Of a stretch of 64,000 nt of DNA, positions 22,901 to 34,500 are shown in pieces. A program made the translations under genes and the position numbers. Origin of the DNA: Leucoraja erinacea (taxonomy: Eukaryota); the NCBI RefSeq assembly GCF_028641065.1, contig NC_073408.1, positions 10,974,001 to 11,038,000 of the forward strand, given 5' to 3'. The notes under the pieces are model-generated. The model did not search any database. It worked only from the letters and a program-made list of their open reading frames with translations, and was not told the origin of the DNA. Each line of letters opens with the position of its first letter. Position 1 is the stretch's first letter.

Positions 22901-25464
22901 CTCCTCCACCGCTCCGGACCGGCCATCCTCCGCGACATTTCTGAGTCGACACCCGAATGTCTCTTCGTTGGAGGCCGCTCCTCGTCAACGACGACTGAGC
23001 TGGTAAAGGTCGGGTTATGCAGTCAAATACTTGCACCTGAAGGTTGACACACACCCCAACATAAAATAACAAACACTACATAAAAACACAGACAAAAAAT
23101 AATAAAAACGCGGACAGGCTGCAGAGGCCGCTGCTGGCCAGAGCCGCGCCGCCTACCGGAACATCATAATCGTAATTTATTAGCCAAGTATGTTTTGCAA
23201 CATGCGAGGAATTTGGTTTGCGATACAGTCATACCAAAGAAGTATTTGTAAAAAATTCTATCCAATGTTTGCTCTTGCTGGGGTGAGTGTTGTTTGAATT
23301 TTGCATTAGATTATAGCGTAAGCAATGCCAGCTTTGAGCATTTCACTGCATTCCTCTCGTATGTGTATGTGATCACAAATACCCAACTTGAGGACATTTC
23401 TGACTTGCACAATATCTGGCTGACTGTTATGCAGTATACCTCTGAAGAAATGCAGAGGATGCCTATGACTTCTTCAATCAAATGTTTTTAAGTTGTAGAT
23501 CGTGAATTCAAATGTTAGTGCCAAGATTCATTCCAGTGTTGATTCAGCCAAAGTTTGAGGGATTAAGGGGAACGTTATAAATAAAATGGAAGTGTATCTC
23601 CTGTCACTTGGAGAATTTTCATGGGGACAGCCATAAAAATGCCAAATAAAGAAATAAATATTATCGCAACGTTTGGCTCCTGCAAAGACCCAGGCCAGGA
23701 TCCATCGGGACTTGCATTTTAGTGAACATGATGTTTATTGATAGTGAATAGATGCATTGTGTAGGAAATTGATTCATCCAGATATGTTGTATTTCATGCA
23801 AGAGATGGTAGAATCTGTAAATGTAGGACGTGACTATATCAATGAACAATATTTTGTAAAACCACAAGCATAATCAAGCATTACTAATTAGCATACGTCT
23901 GTGCAGGTCAGAACATATGCTGGCAAGCGACTGATTGACATGTTTCTTTTGGAGATTATGTTGAAGGCTTTGGGAAATGAAGGGAGAGCATTCTCTGAAG
24001 AGGTTGAGCTGGACAGGATGTTAGACAGTAAGTTCTATTCTACTCACACCCACACACAACAGAAGGCTTGGGATAAGCAACTAACAATGTACTGACAATG
24101 GAGCAACAGTGCTGCATCTAGGGCTTTCACATTTTCTGCCCACATGCTGAGTTTATTGTAATATGACGCCAAAGGTTTCCCAGCAAAGGATGAGGGAAAT
24201 ACGAGTGCTTATGAGATTCCATCCTTTCCTCTGTATCTTTTGTGTTGCTGAGGACATGTTGCAGAATTTGCAGCCCAAAACCCAGACTATAATGTCGAAA
24301 AGATGGCAGGATGTGAAGAAATGGGGGGGGGATTCTATTTGGAAATACTAATTGATTTATAATTGCACTGAAGCGCAAGAGTTCATAACTTCCAGTCAGC
24401 TGAGAATGATATCACTGCAACAGAGCTGAGCAGGTGTATTCTCAAGCAAGTTCGCAATGAATGTTTCGTTTATTTTGTCACAGGATCTTTCTTTGCTGGT
24501 TGATAGCTGAGAAGAGTTACCTCATCCTTTTTCAGGTTCAATGCTTGACATCCTTTTGGACCAGTACCTCAACATCAGCCATTCCAATTGTACAACCATT
24601 GACAATGTGGCACTGAAGGATTACCATGTGAAGGCTTTTACTGATGTGGTGAGTCCATATTTTTTACAACTGATTCCCACTATTTCCTTTTGGGATGTTA
24701 AATCCTTCCCCTTCTGTAAAGCCATTATTTTTCTCAATAATAATTTTCATTTATTATTTTTACAATTATCAAGGCAGGGGATTAAAAAAAAACAATTTGC
24801 ACTTCCAGTATCCCTTAGCAGCAACAAGCTAGCTGCTCTACACTACATACCCAAATACCCTTAGAACAAATACAGCACAAGTTATGTACAATAAAAATCC
24901 CTCGAGCTTCAAACCTGATTTCCAATAATCTACTCCAGACTTAGTTCAGTTCCCACCCTGATTATACATGGACACATGGTCACTTTGAACTAGCTTGATA
25001 AGTTAAAGTAACAACAAACCGCTAAGAAGCTTATTGTGCCGGATTGTGCAGCATCTGTGGATTGACGACATTTCAGGTCGGAACATGCAGTGTGAAACCA
25101 AAGCATTATCTCTCTGTTTCCGTCTACAAATACTGCCTGACCCGCTGAGTTCCTTCAGCAGTTTGATTTTTGCTCCAGATTCCAACATCTGCAGTCTCTT
25201 GTATCTCTTGACACACTATGGGCTTTTTGACGTTGCATGTGCATTGAATGTTATGAGGAGAAAATAGGAATTCTATGGTGTAACGCTGCCCACCACCCTG
25301 CAGTGAGATTGTCAGTGAATTAATGATTGCCCTCTGTTTATCTTGAACAGGCGCTCAATGTGATCCTGACAGAAATGAGTGAACATATGGACGAGGACAT
25401 GGCTGATCTTTTCGAGTATGAAAGACAAGTAGAGACTTCATTGAAGAGTAATGAAGTTGGATGA
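7869..25464 (+). CDS. Multi-exon gene for an uncharacterised ~410-450 aa acidic, helical protein (whole coding span)
   Basis: Phase-consistent exons: 7869-7915, 10608-10700, 12444-12567, [13950-14080], 14667/14681-14744, 16369-16500, 19851-19906, 21013-21217, 22283-22429, 23907-24027, 24536-24648, 25351-25464 (TGA). Joined frame is open: 448 aa with exon 4, 409 aa without. Confidence 0.8.
8442..8531 (+). mobile_element. Short Penelope-like/hammerhead insertion nested in a SINE
   Basis: CTGAAGAAGGGTTTCGGCCCGAAACGTTGCC core. 17-bp TSD TACATAGATCACGTGTT at 8425-8441 and 8532-8548. Confidence 0.75.
8765..9030 (-). mobile_element. HE1-like tRNA-derived SINE
   Basis: Reverse complement of the SINE at 42600-42925 (tttagagatacagcgcggaaacaggccct...gcagcaactctacc). 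Confidence 0.7.
10140..10481 (+). mobile_element. CR1/HER1-type LINE 3' end
   Basis: Encodes the CR1 RT C-terminus (TRGHSLRI...[14 protein letters not shown]) and ends in TTTCTATG tandem repeats. Confidence 0.9.
10608..10700 (+). CDS. Uncharacterised gene, exon 2 ([31 protein letters not shown])
   Basis: Acceptor cttttag; GC-type donor AG|GCAAGG; phase 2/2. Confidence 0.6.
12444..12567 (+). CDS. Uncharacterised gene, exon 3 (LNKEDAPSK...DHPLQ)
   Basis: Acceptor ctttcattgtgcag; donor CAG|GTAAGA; phase 2/0. Confidence 0.65.
13150..13770 (+). mobile_element. Old degenerate LINE fragment
   Basis: Similar to a second diverged copy at ~38700-39270 and to minus-strand ends at ~1690-2030 and ~37585-37730. 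Confidence 0.5.
13950..14080 (+). CDS. Uncharacterised gene, possible exon 4 ([22 protein letters not shown]...TSIR)
   Basis: Open frame, phase 0/2, but a weak acceptor (gcaatcttag) and weak donor (AG|GTTAAA). Confidence 0.4.
14120..14300. mobile_element. Penelope-like inverted repeat with hammerhead-like cores
   Basis: Minus strand reads CTGAAGAAGGGTCTCGACCCGAAACGTCACCC. Plus strand reads GGGT-CTGAAGA...GAAACATC-ACCC, giving a GGGT/ACCC stem I. Confidence 0.65.
14667..14744 (+). CDS. Uncharacterised gene, exon 5 ([26 protein letters not shown])
   Basis: Acceptor ttgtttttag (alternative at 14681); donor AGG|GTAAGA. Confidence 0.6.
15626..16239 (-). mobile_element. CR1/HER1-type LINE, 5'-truncated
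   Basis: ORF 15719-16090: [29 protein letters not shown]...WNSLP; catagaaa tail repeats. Confidence 0.9.
16369..16500 (+). CDS. Uncharacterised gene, exon 6 ([44 protein letters not shown])
   Basis: Acceptor tttgactgcag; donor AAG|GTACTG; 132 nt, phase 0/0. Confidence 0.75.
16910..17083 (+). mobile_element. CR1 LINE 3' tail fragment
   Basis: GIKGYGEK...aatggcctactcctgcacc tail. Confidence 0.8.
17929..18200 (+). mobile_element. CR1 LINE 3' end
   Basis: [21 protein letters not shown] followed by the CR1 tail. Confidence 0.85.
19851..19906 (+). CDS. Uncharacterised gene, exon 7 ([19 protein letters not shown])
   Basis: Strong acceptor tttttttcccccag; GC donor CG|GCAAGT supplies the phase 2 needed by the next exon. 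Confidence 0.7.
21013..21217 (+). CDS. Uncharacterised gene, exon 8 ([25 protein letters not shown]...IIPILPQI)
   Basis: Acceptor ttttacag; donor ATT|GTAGGT; lies inside ORF 20876-21259. Confidence 0.8.
22283..22429 (+). CDS. Uncharacterised gene, exon 9 ([17 protein letters not shown]...YEQQLGE)
   Basis: Acceptor cctcacag; donor GAG|GTAAGA; phase 0/0. Confidence 0.85.
22470..23162 (-). mobile_element. GC-rich non-autonomous retroelement, probably Rex1-associated, in intron 9
   Basis: Minus-strand head TTCCGGTAGGCGGCGCGG at ~23161, CpG-rich body, and a tail (ccaagtatgttttgcaaca...gaatttggtttgcgat) repeated at ~23186-23270. Confidence 0.5.
23907..24027 (+). CDS. Uncharacterised gene, exon 10 ([22 protein letters not shown]...RMLDS)
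   Basis: Acceptor tctgtgcag; donor A|GTAAGT; phase 0/1. Confidence 0.85.
24536..24648 (+). CDS. Uncharacterised gene, exon 11 ([13 protein letters not shown]...[10 protein letters not shown])
   Basis: Acceptor cctttttcag; donor GTG|GTGAGT; phase 1/0. Confidence 0.85.
25351..25464 (+). CDS. Uncharacterised gene, last coding exon ([37 protein letters not shown])
   Basis: Acceptor tttatcttgaacag; phase 0; TGA at 25462-25464. Confidence 0.8.
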   Translation, partial: ALNVILTEMSEHMDEDMADLFEYERQVETSLKSNEVG

Positions 25465-26990
25465 CCTGGCTGCTGATGTCAGGGTGGCTCTTTGTATTCC
25501 AGCTTGCTGCATCAAAAGAAGACAAACATATATCTTCCATCTTCTCATAATTTTAACATTCTGTAACAAAGCTGTTTTTAAATTCAATTTGTTATTTGAA
25601 CTAACTGTCTTACAGATGAACAGTAGCTATTAAGTTGGCCAAAGCAAAGGAACACTTCCCTGCTCTTGGAAGACCTTGTTCAGCTGTAAAGTGTTTTTAT
25701 AAGGATTGCACTTGAAACAATGCATCCGTTGATCAGTTCTTCAGGGGACTTTAAGGAATTTAATTTATGGAAGACTCAGTTGACAAAAGATCTTTTCACT
25801 TCAGGAGTCGCTTGGGCACTTCTTCACTGTGCAGTGAAATGGCAACATGTGTACGAGTGTGAAAATGACTTCAGGACCATTCCTTCTCCACAGATTAACA
25901 ATTGCCATTCTGCTTCCGTATACCTTGATCATTGCTACATTCAGTAATTCTAATCAAGTGTCTTCAGTTTTGAGGAATTTGATGCACAGATTAATTGATA
26001 ATGTTAAATGAATTGGTCATGGTTCAAATGTTTTTTTGTAACACAGAATAGACAATAACTGACACTGCAAAGTGATGCTGTCCGAAATCTAATGAAGTGG
26101 TTCAGGAGATTCATTTATTGAACGACAGATACTCCGAGATGAGCAACTATGAAGGATGACATAACACATGTTTTTTTTAACGGAGGAAAGTTGTGATGAA
26201 ATTGCTGGTAGTTTGGGAGAATAATAGCCAAATTACAAGGTACCTATGACTGATCTTAGAGACTCTCACTTGCAGCAAGTGGGTTTAGGAGTTGAGAAAG
26301 AGTATTCATCTCCAGCCTACCCTTAGTCTTCTGTCAATTTAGGTGACCGTCGTGGTTCTGTGGTCGCACTTTAATCTCCAAGCCAGATGGATGGTGGATT
26401 CAAGCCCAACTTCAGAGATTTAAACACAAAATATTGGCCGACACAATAACTCAAAACTGATTATGCATAAACTAGAGCCTCCACCTTTGCTTTAATAAAA
26501 AAAGCGTGATTAAGTCCTATCTTGGCTATTGTGCCTATGACCAGGCCACATTTCAGCTTATTCAAAATTCATACTTTGATTTCCTGTGAATAATATTGCA
26601 CAAGAAATTTGTTAGAATGGTGATGACTGAGACCGAAGCTATATCGGGCTATATTGAATACTTTTGTAACTTTGTCAGTGCCTTATACGTGGCAACTCTT
26701 TGCATACTTTGTGTATTGTGTGCGAAACAAAGAATTTCACTGTGCCAAGTACATGTGACAATAAAGTAATATCATCACCATGATAAAATACTTCAGTTGC
26801 CTCAAGTGAGTAGATTAACAGTGGTTGTTATCATTAAAGAAGGCATGGGGATGATTTGTGGAAATGAGGAAAACAAAAATAATACTGTGAAATATGAGCT
26901 GGTGTGAAGACAATGGTGGAAGTAAATTCAATAATAACATAAAAGAATCTACATGAGACATGAAAGGGAAAATATACAAAGTTAACCTAA

Positions 26991-27170
26991 CCTATACACC
27001 TGGACCATTTCCGACACTGACTTCCACCTGGCACTCATATACACCTGGAGAAGGGTTTCGACCCGAAACGTTGCCTATTTCCTTCGATCCATAGATGCTG
27101 CCTCACCCACTGATTTTCTCTAGCATTTTTGTCTACCTTTGATTTTCCATCATCTGCAGTTCTTTCTTAA
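26991..27170 (+). mobile_element. Penelope-like insertion carrying an RT-like remnant and the pLTR tail
   Basis: Peptide YTWTISDTDFHLALIYTW (26995-27048) is joined to GGGTTTCGACCCGAAACGTTGCC and the family tail. Diverged 15-bp TSD ACAAAGTTAACCTAA (26976-26990) / ACAAAGCTATCCTAA (27171-27185). Confidence 0.65.
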
Positions 27171-29779
27171 ACAAAGCTATCCTAAACACTGCTTCTAAAT
27201 ACTTTCTTGTTTATACCTTTTTATTACTTAATTTTTTGTAACAACATCCAATACATATGAGTTTTTAAGTTATTGAGTGAAACTCCTACACATTAAATGA
27301 ATTCATTCGGGTGCTGAGAGGATATCACTTCCAATGTAGTACGGGCACCACAGTTAGCATTTTTACTTCTGGGGTGGAAAGTAATCATGGTTCACTGGCC
27401 ATGTTCAATGACCTTCTGTAAGATATATTTGGATGGTGGATAAGGGCAGAATCCGTCTACATTTGAATGATACCCACATTTAAAAAGCACACTGACACTC
27501 TGAAAGCTTTACTAGTACAAATAATATTCTTGCACACATCACCAGGTTTGCTCCCTGGCTAACTTCTTTCCTACCCATCCAAGAGAACCTGGATCATTCC
27601 AGTCTCTGTAAATTGGCGTTAAATGGCCCGTTCTTCCATTGCATTGGGAAAGGTCTTGTTTTAACATGCCCCAAAGGATTTCAGCTCAGAGAAAACACTC
27701 AATCATGTAGATTTGCTAGCACGGTGGATTAAATTCCATCTTTATAATTGGTGCTCAGTGTTGGATACTTGTCTCAAGAGTTACCATCCACTGAACTTGG
27801 ATTAACATTTATGTTTCAATTATTATTAGTTTTGGCTGCAATTGGAGTATTGCATGCAGTTGTGGTCACCCCATTACAGGAAGGATGTGGAGACTTTGGA
27901 GAGGGACACCAGAATGATGTCCGGATTAAGGGATATGAGCTACAGGAAGAGGCTGAACAGATTTGGATTGTTTTCTCTGGACTATCTGAGTTGCGGGGGG
28001 GATCCCAATAGAGTTATATAAAATGATGCGAAGCAAGGATAGGGTAGACAGTCAAGACCTTTTTCTCCAACTGTTGCACCACTCTGCTGCCCATACAGAT
28101 GAGAAAGCCGTGGAATTTTCAGACTTTTATTTTTTTGAGTAAAACATAAATGTCACAGAATACAATTAATGGAAATCGGACTTTTATTGTTCACTATCTT
28201 GTCCAGTAAACTGCTGAAATGCCTGAGATAGTTCTTCTCGTTTAGCTTGGATTAATTGAGGCACCTGTTCTAAACGAGTCGAAATCCATTCCCTGAAAAA
28301 TAAAAGTCAATTATTATTGCAATATACAAGGGACCGTATGGATACATCCGTGATGTTGGGAATATTTGTTGTGGACATAAGAGGGAGATTTACTTTACAT
28401 CTCTAACCCTTCTTGAATGTATTTGAAGAAACTAAAGACAAAGCTTCGCTCTTTAGAGAACCTGCTATTAATTACTTGAGCAGTACAGAATTATAAAATC
28501 AGTTACATGAAGATTTCTCTTCACAGTTGCCTAAGCATCAGATGTTGCTTTTATACTAACTTCTTTAACATCATAAACATTTTGTCATTACCTGCCCGAT
28601 TGAATTGTGGGATTGGTACTCAGATCTTGAATAACACGTTTTGCAGAATCAACCAGTCCCTGTGCAAATGTTCTTATAGAATCAATAGGCCCAGATGAGG
28701 AACTGGTTTCTTCTTCCAAAGGGACAGCATCACAAGCTGTAAGTTAGAGATGGAAATTACAGAGATTAGAACTGAGCATCTAAAAAAGATAATGCCTGTG
28801 CATGTCAAAGTATGAAAATATACAAACTAAGTCAGGAGACAAGGCAAAAATCCAACTCCATTCAAACGATATTTTATCTTAGCCAATTGTTTCACCATGA
28901 TAAAAGGGCTGATTTTAACAATGACAGGTAATTCAGGTTATGGAAGAATAAGGATGAGTGCTAGTAGCTCCGGCTCCAAAATGCCGCTATTTGACAGTGA
29001 CTCATATTAATCCCCAAGTTATAGCATTTCAGAGTGTATGAAGATGGGACTTTGGATGGGAGCAAACAATCTCTTATTAGTAAATAACATTGAACTAATG
29101 GAACTCCCACCACTTTTTTGTCATTGAAATTGTTATTAATGGAAAAGGAAATGTTTGGTAGGTGTGCAGTCAAGCTTGAGCTTTAACTGCTGTGGGAGAG
29201 TTTAATAAGGCAGTGCGGAGGGACTGATTTCTAAACTGAGCTATGTAGAATTGATAAGAGTTCAGAGCTAATTGGGTATAAAATGTGGACACAGTTTCAT
29301 TCCCCAGTGCTCAAAGTTTTTCATTTTAGATAATAAGTACCTGAGGAAATAATGCAATTTGTTATCTTTATCTCTGAGGAATATACGAGTCGTATACAAG
29401 AACAAACTGCAGGAGGACCTCAGTGAGTCAGGCAGCATCTGTGGAGGGAACTGGTCAGACGATGTTTTGGATCAGGACCCTTCAGAGTGGAGAAGGAGAG
29501 GGAAGCTAGCTGATAGAAGGAGATGAGGGGAAAAGAGGGGCTAGACATGTCCCGACCTGAAACATTGTCTGTATATTTCCCTCTACAGATGTTGCTTGAC
29601 CTGCTGAGTTCCTCCACCTGTCTGAATTTTGCACAAGATTCCAGCATCTGCAGGTCTATGTGTCCCTAAGAATCATATACATACCAACCAGTGTTGCAAC
29701 CAAAAGAACCAGAGCTGTGATTTGAATCTTCATTTTGATTATTTTCGCCTTTCTGTTTTCTGGATTGAATTAGATAAAT

Positions 29780-30000
29780 TGCAGTTAGTTAACTATGTTG
29801 TTGAGTTAGTGAATAAGCAATAGTGAGTAGGCTGTTTAATTGTTGGTCGAATTTCCAGACTGACTGGAAGCTGCTCTGGAATTGTCTTTATTGCACTTTA
29901 CTCCAGAGAAAAACTAAGTTACACAACACGGCAAAAAATATTACGTAATGGATTGGTGAACTTTGATCTCGTCTGCACTTGTGATGGCAAAAGTGGATAC
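29780..30000. promoter_or_regulatory. Candidate liver/intestine enhancer
   Basis: GTTACACAA (29918), palindromic ATTACGTAAT (29940-29949) and DR1/HNF4-like TGAACTTTGATCT (29957-29969) in non-repetitive DNA. Confidence 0.35.
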
Positions 30001-30171
30001 GGTGACATTTCCATTCACTCCTCAAGCATGAACCAAACTTTTAAATTATCCCTCTCATTTCCATTCTCACCTTGGTTTCCGACATTGTTCCAAAATGGGT
30101 CAAAGTAATCTCAAATAGCACCACCACTTCTTCCAATGAGAGCCATATGAATTTAAAACTGATTTAAAAAC

Positions 30172-30201
30172 ATATAGATTATATATATATATGTATGTGT
30201 G

Positions 30202-30250
<49 letters not shown>
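30172..30250. repeat. (TA)n/(TG)n compound microsatellite
   Basis: Dinucleotide tracts visible directly. Confidence 0.95.
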
Positions 30251-30926
30251 TAAAAAACATTTTATTCTGTATTAGAAGCATTCTATTGCATTATTCAATA
30301 ATTGTGGACCTGTTTCCATGCTGTATTTATAAACTAAACTATAGCAGAAATAATCAGCATTAATTCTGGCTGATGGCACACCTCCCTAGGCTGACCTGAG
30401 GCTAGCTAAATTATCAGCATGGGCCGATCAGCTTTAGACTATAGATAAAGCACAGAAACAGGCCCCGTACACTACTATCCTACTCTCTGAAGGACAATTT
30501 ATAATTTTACCATGACCAATTAACCTACGTTTTACGGCAGTGCGGGGTGCTAAGAGGATGTGGAGGTGATGAGACCACAACCATCCTTTTCACATCCTTC
30601 TGTAGGACTGTGTTCGGAAATTGAATTAATACATAAAATGATTTTGAATGAGTGTTTTATAAAGTTTAAATATGGCAACCTGACTTTGGTACTATGAATC
30701 ATTTATAAAACCGTGTATTCTGCATGATCTCATTCTTATATAGTAATTATTATTAAATAACCAGCCTATTCAGACAATGTAAAATTTCTCATTCAATTAT
30801 GTTGTTCAAAGTCACTAATGAGGCTTTTGAATCCTCTAAGGATCACGATTTTATCCAGCTCTTCCGAAAAATATGAATTGCAGCTAAACTTACATTTGCA
30901 CAGTCTAGCATTGCACTTAGCAGCTC

Positions 30927-31295
30927 TAATAATAATAATAATAATAACTTTATTTGTTAAGCACCTTAAAAACAACCAAAGCTGACCAAAGTGCTGTACA
31001 GAAAAAAGAAAACAAGCAAGACATCATAAAACAGGCAGAACAACAGAACATACAACTAACACGAGGCGCATAAATTACATACAAAAATCCAAACAATAAA
31101 TTAAAAAACGTACGAACAACGCAGCAAAACCAAGCAAATAAAGTTAATAAACAATCAACACCTCACTGGTCTACAAAGGCCATGGAGAATAGATATGTCT
31201 TCAGGAGTGACTTAAAAACAGCTAGAGAAGGGGCCTGTTTAACGTGCAGAGGCAATTAATTCCACAATCTCGGAGCCGACACAGCAAAGGCAAGA
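30927..31295 (-). mobile_element. L2-type LINE 3' fragment
   Basis: (TAA)n tail followed by ctttatttg...caaagtgctgtac and ttccacaatctcggagc, typical of L2 ends read on the minus strand. Confidence 0.55.
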
Positions 31296-31525
31296 CCAAG
31301 CTCTAGAAAGTTACAGATTTGTATTTGATCCAGAAGTTCTTCAAATACACCATTTTGCAAAAAATATAATTTATTTTTGAATCAGTATGGTGCTGGAGGT
31401 TATATCGTTTAGCCTGTGCATTAATTAACATACATAACCTGACTAAATACCATTAACTATTTCTTGATTAGTAAGGGTGTGAAAGGTTATGGGGAGACGG
31501 CAGGAGAATGGGGTTGAAAGGGAAA

Positions 31526-34500
31526 GGGGGCGCCAGTGTACAGCGGATGGAGGAAGACGAGCTTTAAGGAGCTCCCATCCGTTCGGTTTAAAATTGTTTA
31601 AAATCACCATCTTTCACTCAAGGTCGCTCTCAGAACTTTTCACAGCCTGTTTATCCACCTCGGTGTGGTACAGTCCTGCATAAAAAGCCCAGTAAATGCC
31701 AAACACATTCAAGGGAAGAGCTAAACAAAAACCGCTAGCAACCTTGGCTAACAAAGTTGAAGATAGTGACTTTAATAGTCATAGCAAGCGGCCATTCCAC
31801 ACCAACAGGTGCAATGCTGAGAGAGATGTCAGGTGCAATTTTAAAGGCCATCAACGACCGCTTTGATCAATTTGAGACCAAGTTTGCATCTCTTCAGTCC
31901 TCACAAAATGCCTTGATGGTCCGAATGGATTCCATGGATGAGATCGCTGGAGAGCATGACACCCGCCTGACACTAATGGAGAAAAACATAAGCGAAATAC
32001 AAAGGGAAAACACCCTCCTGCGAGCAAAAATCAACGACCTAGAGGGCCGTTCGCGTCGAAATAACATTAAAATCGTGGGTATTCCAGAAGGGGAAACCAA
32101 CAGAGTTTATCCGCGCCCTCATCCCAAAACTGCTGGATGAGACACACTTCCAAAAACCACTTATCATTGACCATGCACACCGCACCCAACAGCCGAAGCC
32201 CACGGAGGGAGCCAGGCCTCGCACACTCATCGCCAGGGTCCATTTCTTTCACGAGAAAGATATGATAATACAACTTGGTCGACAACGGACAGCTAGTCTT
32301 TATCTTCCTGGATTTGTAAGAATATTCCATTTCAACTTGTTTCAATGGTTACAGACCCAAATGGCAGATATATTATGATCACTGGAAATATTAATTCACT
32401 TCCTGTCACACTACTGAATATATACGATCCAAACATTGATGATCTAAATTATTTCCGTAAAGTGTTCGACTTAATTCCAGACCTCAATACCACCAATTTG
32501 CTAATGGGCGAAGATTGTTACCTTGACCCATATCTTGACTGGCTCTCCATCCACAAGCCCACCCGCAATAGCATCTGTTCAAAATTAAACAACCTGATTA
32601 AGTCTCGCAATATTGTTGATATCTGGAGGATACAACATCCAACGGACAAAGACTTCATTTTTTTCTCATGTCCACAAATCACACACAAGAATTGATTATT
32701 TCCTAGTGGATGCAAAATTAATATCTAGCATTGAACATACCAAATATCATAATAGAAACATAGAAATTAGGTGCAGGAGTAGGCCATTCGGCCCTTCGAG
32801 CCTGCACCGCCATTCAATATGATCATGGCTGATCATCCAACTCAGTATCCCGTACCTGCCTTCTCTCCATACCCCCTGATCCCCTTAGCCACAAGGGCCA
32901 CATCTAACTCCCTCTTAAATATAGCCAATGAACTGGCCTCAACTACCCTCTGTGGCAGAGAATTCCAGAGATTCACCACTCTCTGTGTGAAAAAAGTTCT
33001 TCTCATCTCGGTTTTAAAGGATTTCCCCCTTATCCTTAAGCTGTGACCCCTTGTCCTGGACTTCCCTAACATCGGGAACAATCTTCCTGCATCTAGCCTG
33101 TCCAACCCCTTAGAATTTTGTAAGTTTCTATAAGATCCCCTCTCAATCTCCTAAATTCTAGAGAGTATAAACCAAGTCTATCCAGTCTTTCTTCATAAGA
33201 CAGTCCTGACACCCCAGGAATCAGTCTGGTGAACCGTCTCTGCACTCCCTCTATATAATATATTGATATCAGACTACAGTCCAGTATTCCTAGACTTGAA
33301 CCTTGCTCTGCCTAAACAAAGCTATTGTTGGTGCTTTGACCCGTATTTGCTCACAGACCAAGTGTTTATTGACTTTTTGACAGCAAGGCTGGTCCTTGAG
33401 ACCAACGATACGGGGGATGTATCAGATTCTACGCTCTGGGAGACCCTTAAGGTAGTAATGAGAGGTCATATAATATCCTATGAAGACTCCAAAAAAAGGG
33501 AACAGCGTCATCAATTGGTAGAAATTAAAAATGCACTTCTAACTCTTGAACAGACTTACAGGAACTCTCTCTTACAAGAGGATTACAACTAAATCTTGAA
33601 TTTAAAATATGAATATAATCGCATTCTTAGTGGAAATGTTTGCAAGCTTCTACTCAAGCTCAGACAGAGACACTTTGAGTTGGGCGATAAACCGAGAGAT
33701 GCTGCTGGCCACTCAATTAAAAGGGGAACAGGCGAGTCATGCAATCCATAAAATCAAATCCAAAACAGGTGATTTGCTTACCAATCCTAAAGAAATAAAC
33801 AACCGCTTCAAAGTATTTTATTCAGAATTATGTACTGCTAAACCTCAGGCCGCTAATGCAGATTTTGCAGGTTTCTTTGACTCCCTCAGTTTGCCAAAAC
33901 TAGATGAATCAGCCAGGCTAGAACTGGATTCAAATTTCTTAGAAAGCGAGCTAGTTGAGGCTATTAAATCTTTTCCCTCCGGTAAAGCAGCTGGCCCGGA
34001 TGGATTTGGTTGTGAATTCTACAAGGCATTCCATAAGTCGCTTGTCCCACTCCTAATTAGGATGATCAATGATTCGATTAAGAATAACAGGTTTCCGAAT
34101 TCTCTGTATGAGGCAAATATACGTATCCTGTTAAAAAATGACACGGATAAAACTGAAGCTGGCAGCTATAGGCCTATTGCTCTCCTCAACCTTGATCAAA
34201 AGGCTGTCACAAAAATATTAGCTAAAAGACTGGGGAAGCATGTTTCATCAATTATACACCCTGATCAGACAGGGTTTATTCCAGGTAGATTTTCACTTTG
34301 TAATGTTGGGGGGATTCCAGAGCGGCCATCTTATCCTTAGACGCCGAAAAAGCGTTCGACCAGATAGAGTGGTCCTATATGTTAGAGGCACTTAAAAGAT
34401 TTGGGTTTGGGGATTCCTTTATTGCGTGGGTCAAAACGGTGTATCTTTGTCCGACATCATCCATCCTCACTAATAATGATAAATCCGGACCTTTTGACTT

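Noticed and set aside
22528-23072. Several 60-165 aa overlapping ORFs
   Set aside because: By-product of a GC-rich intronic repeat with few stop codons; no protein-like signal.
21013-24027. Resemblance of the acidic helices to the GANP/Sac3 CID region or AKAP helices
   Set aside because: Only generic amphipathic-helix similarity by eye; not enough to assign homology.
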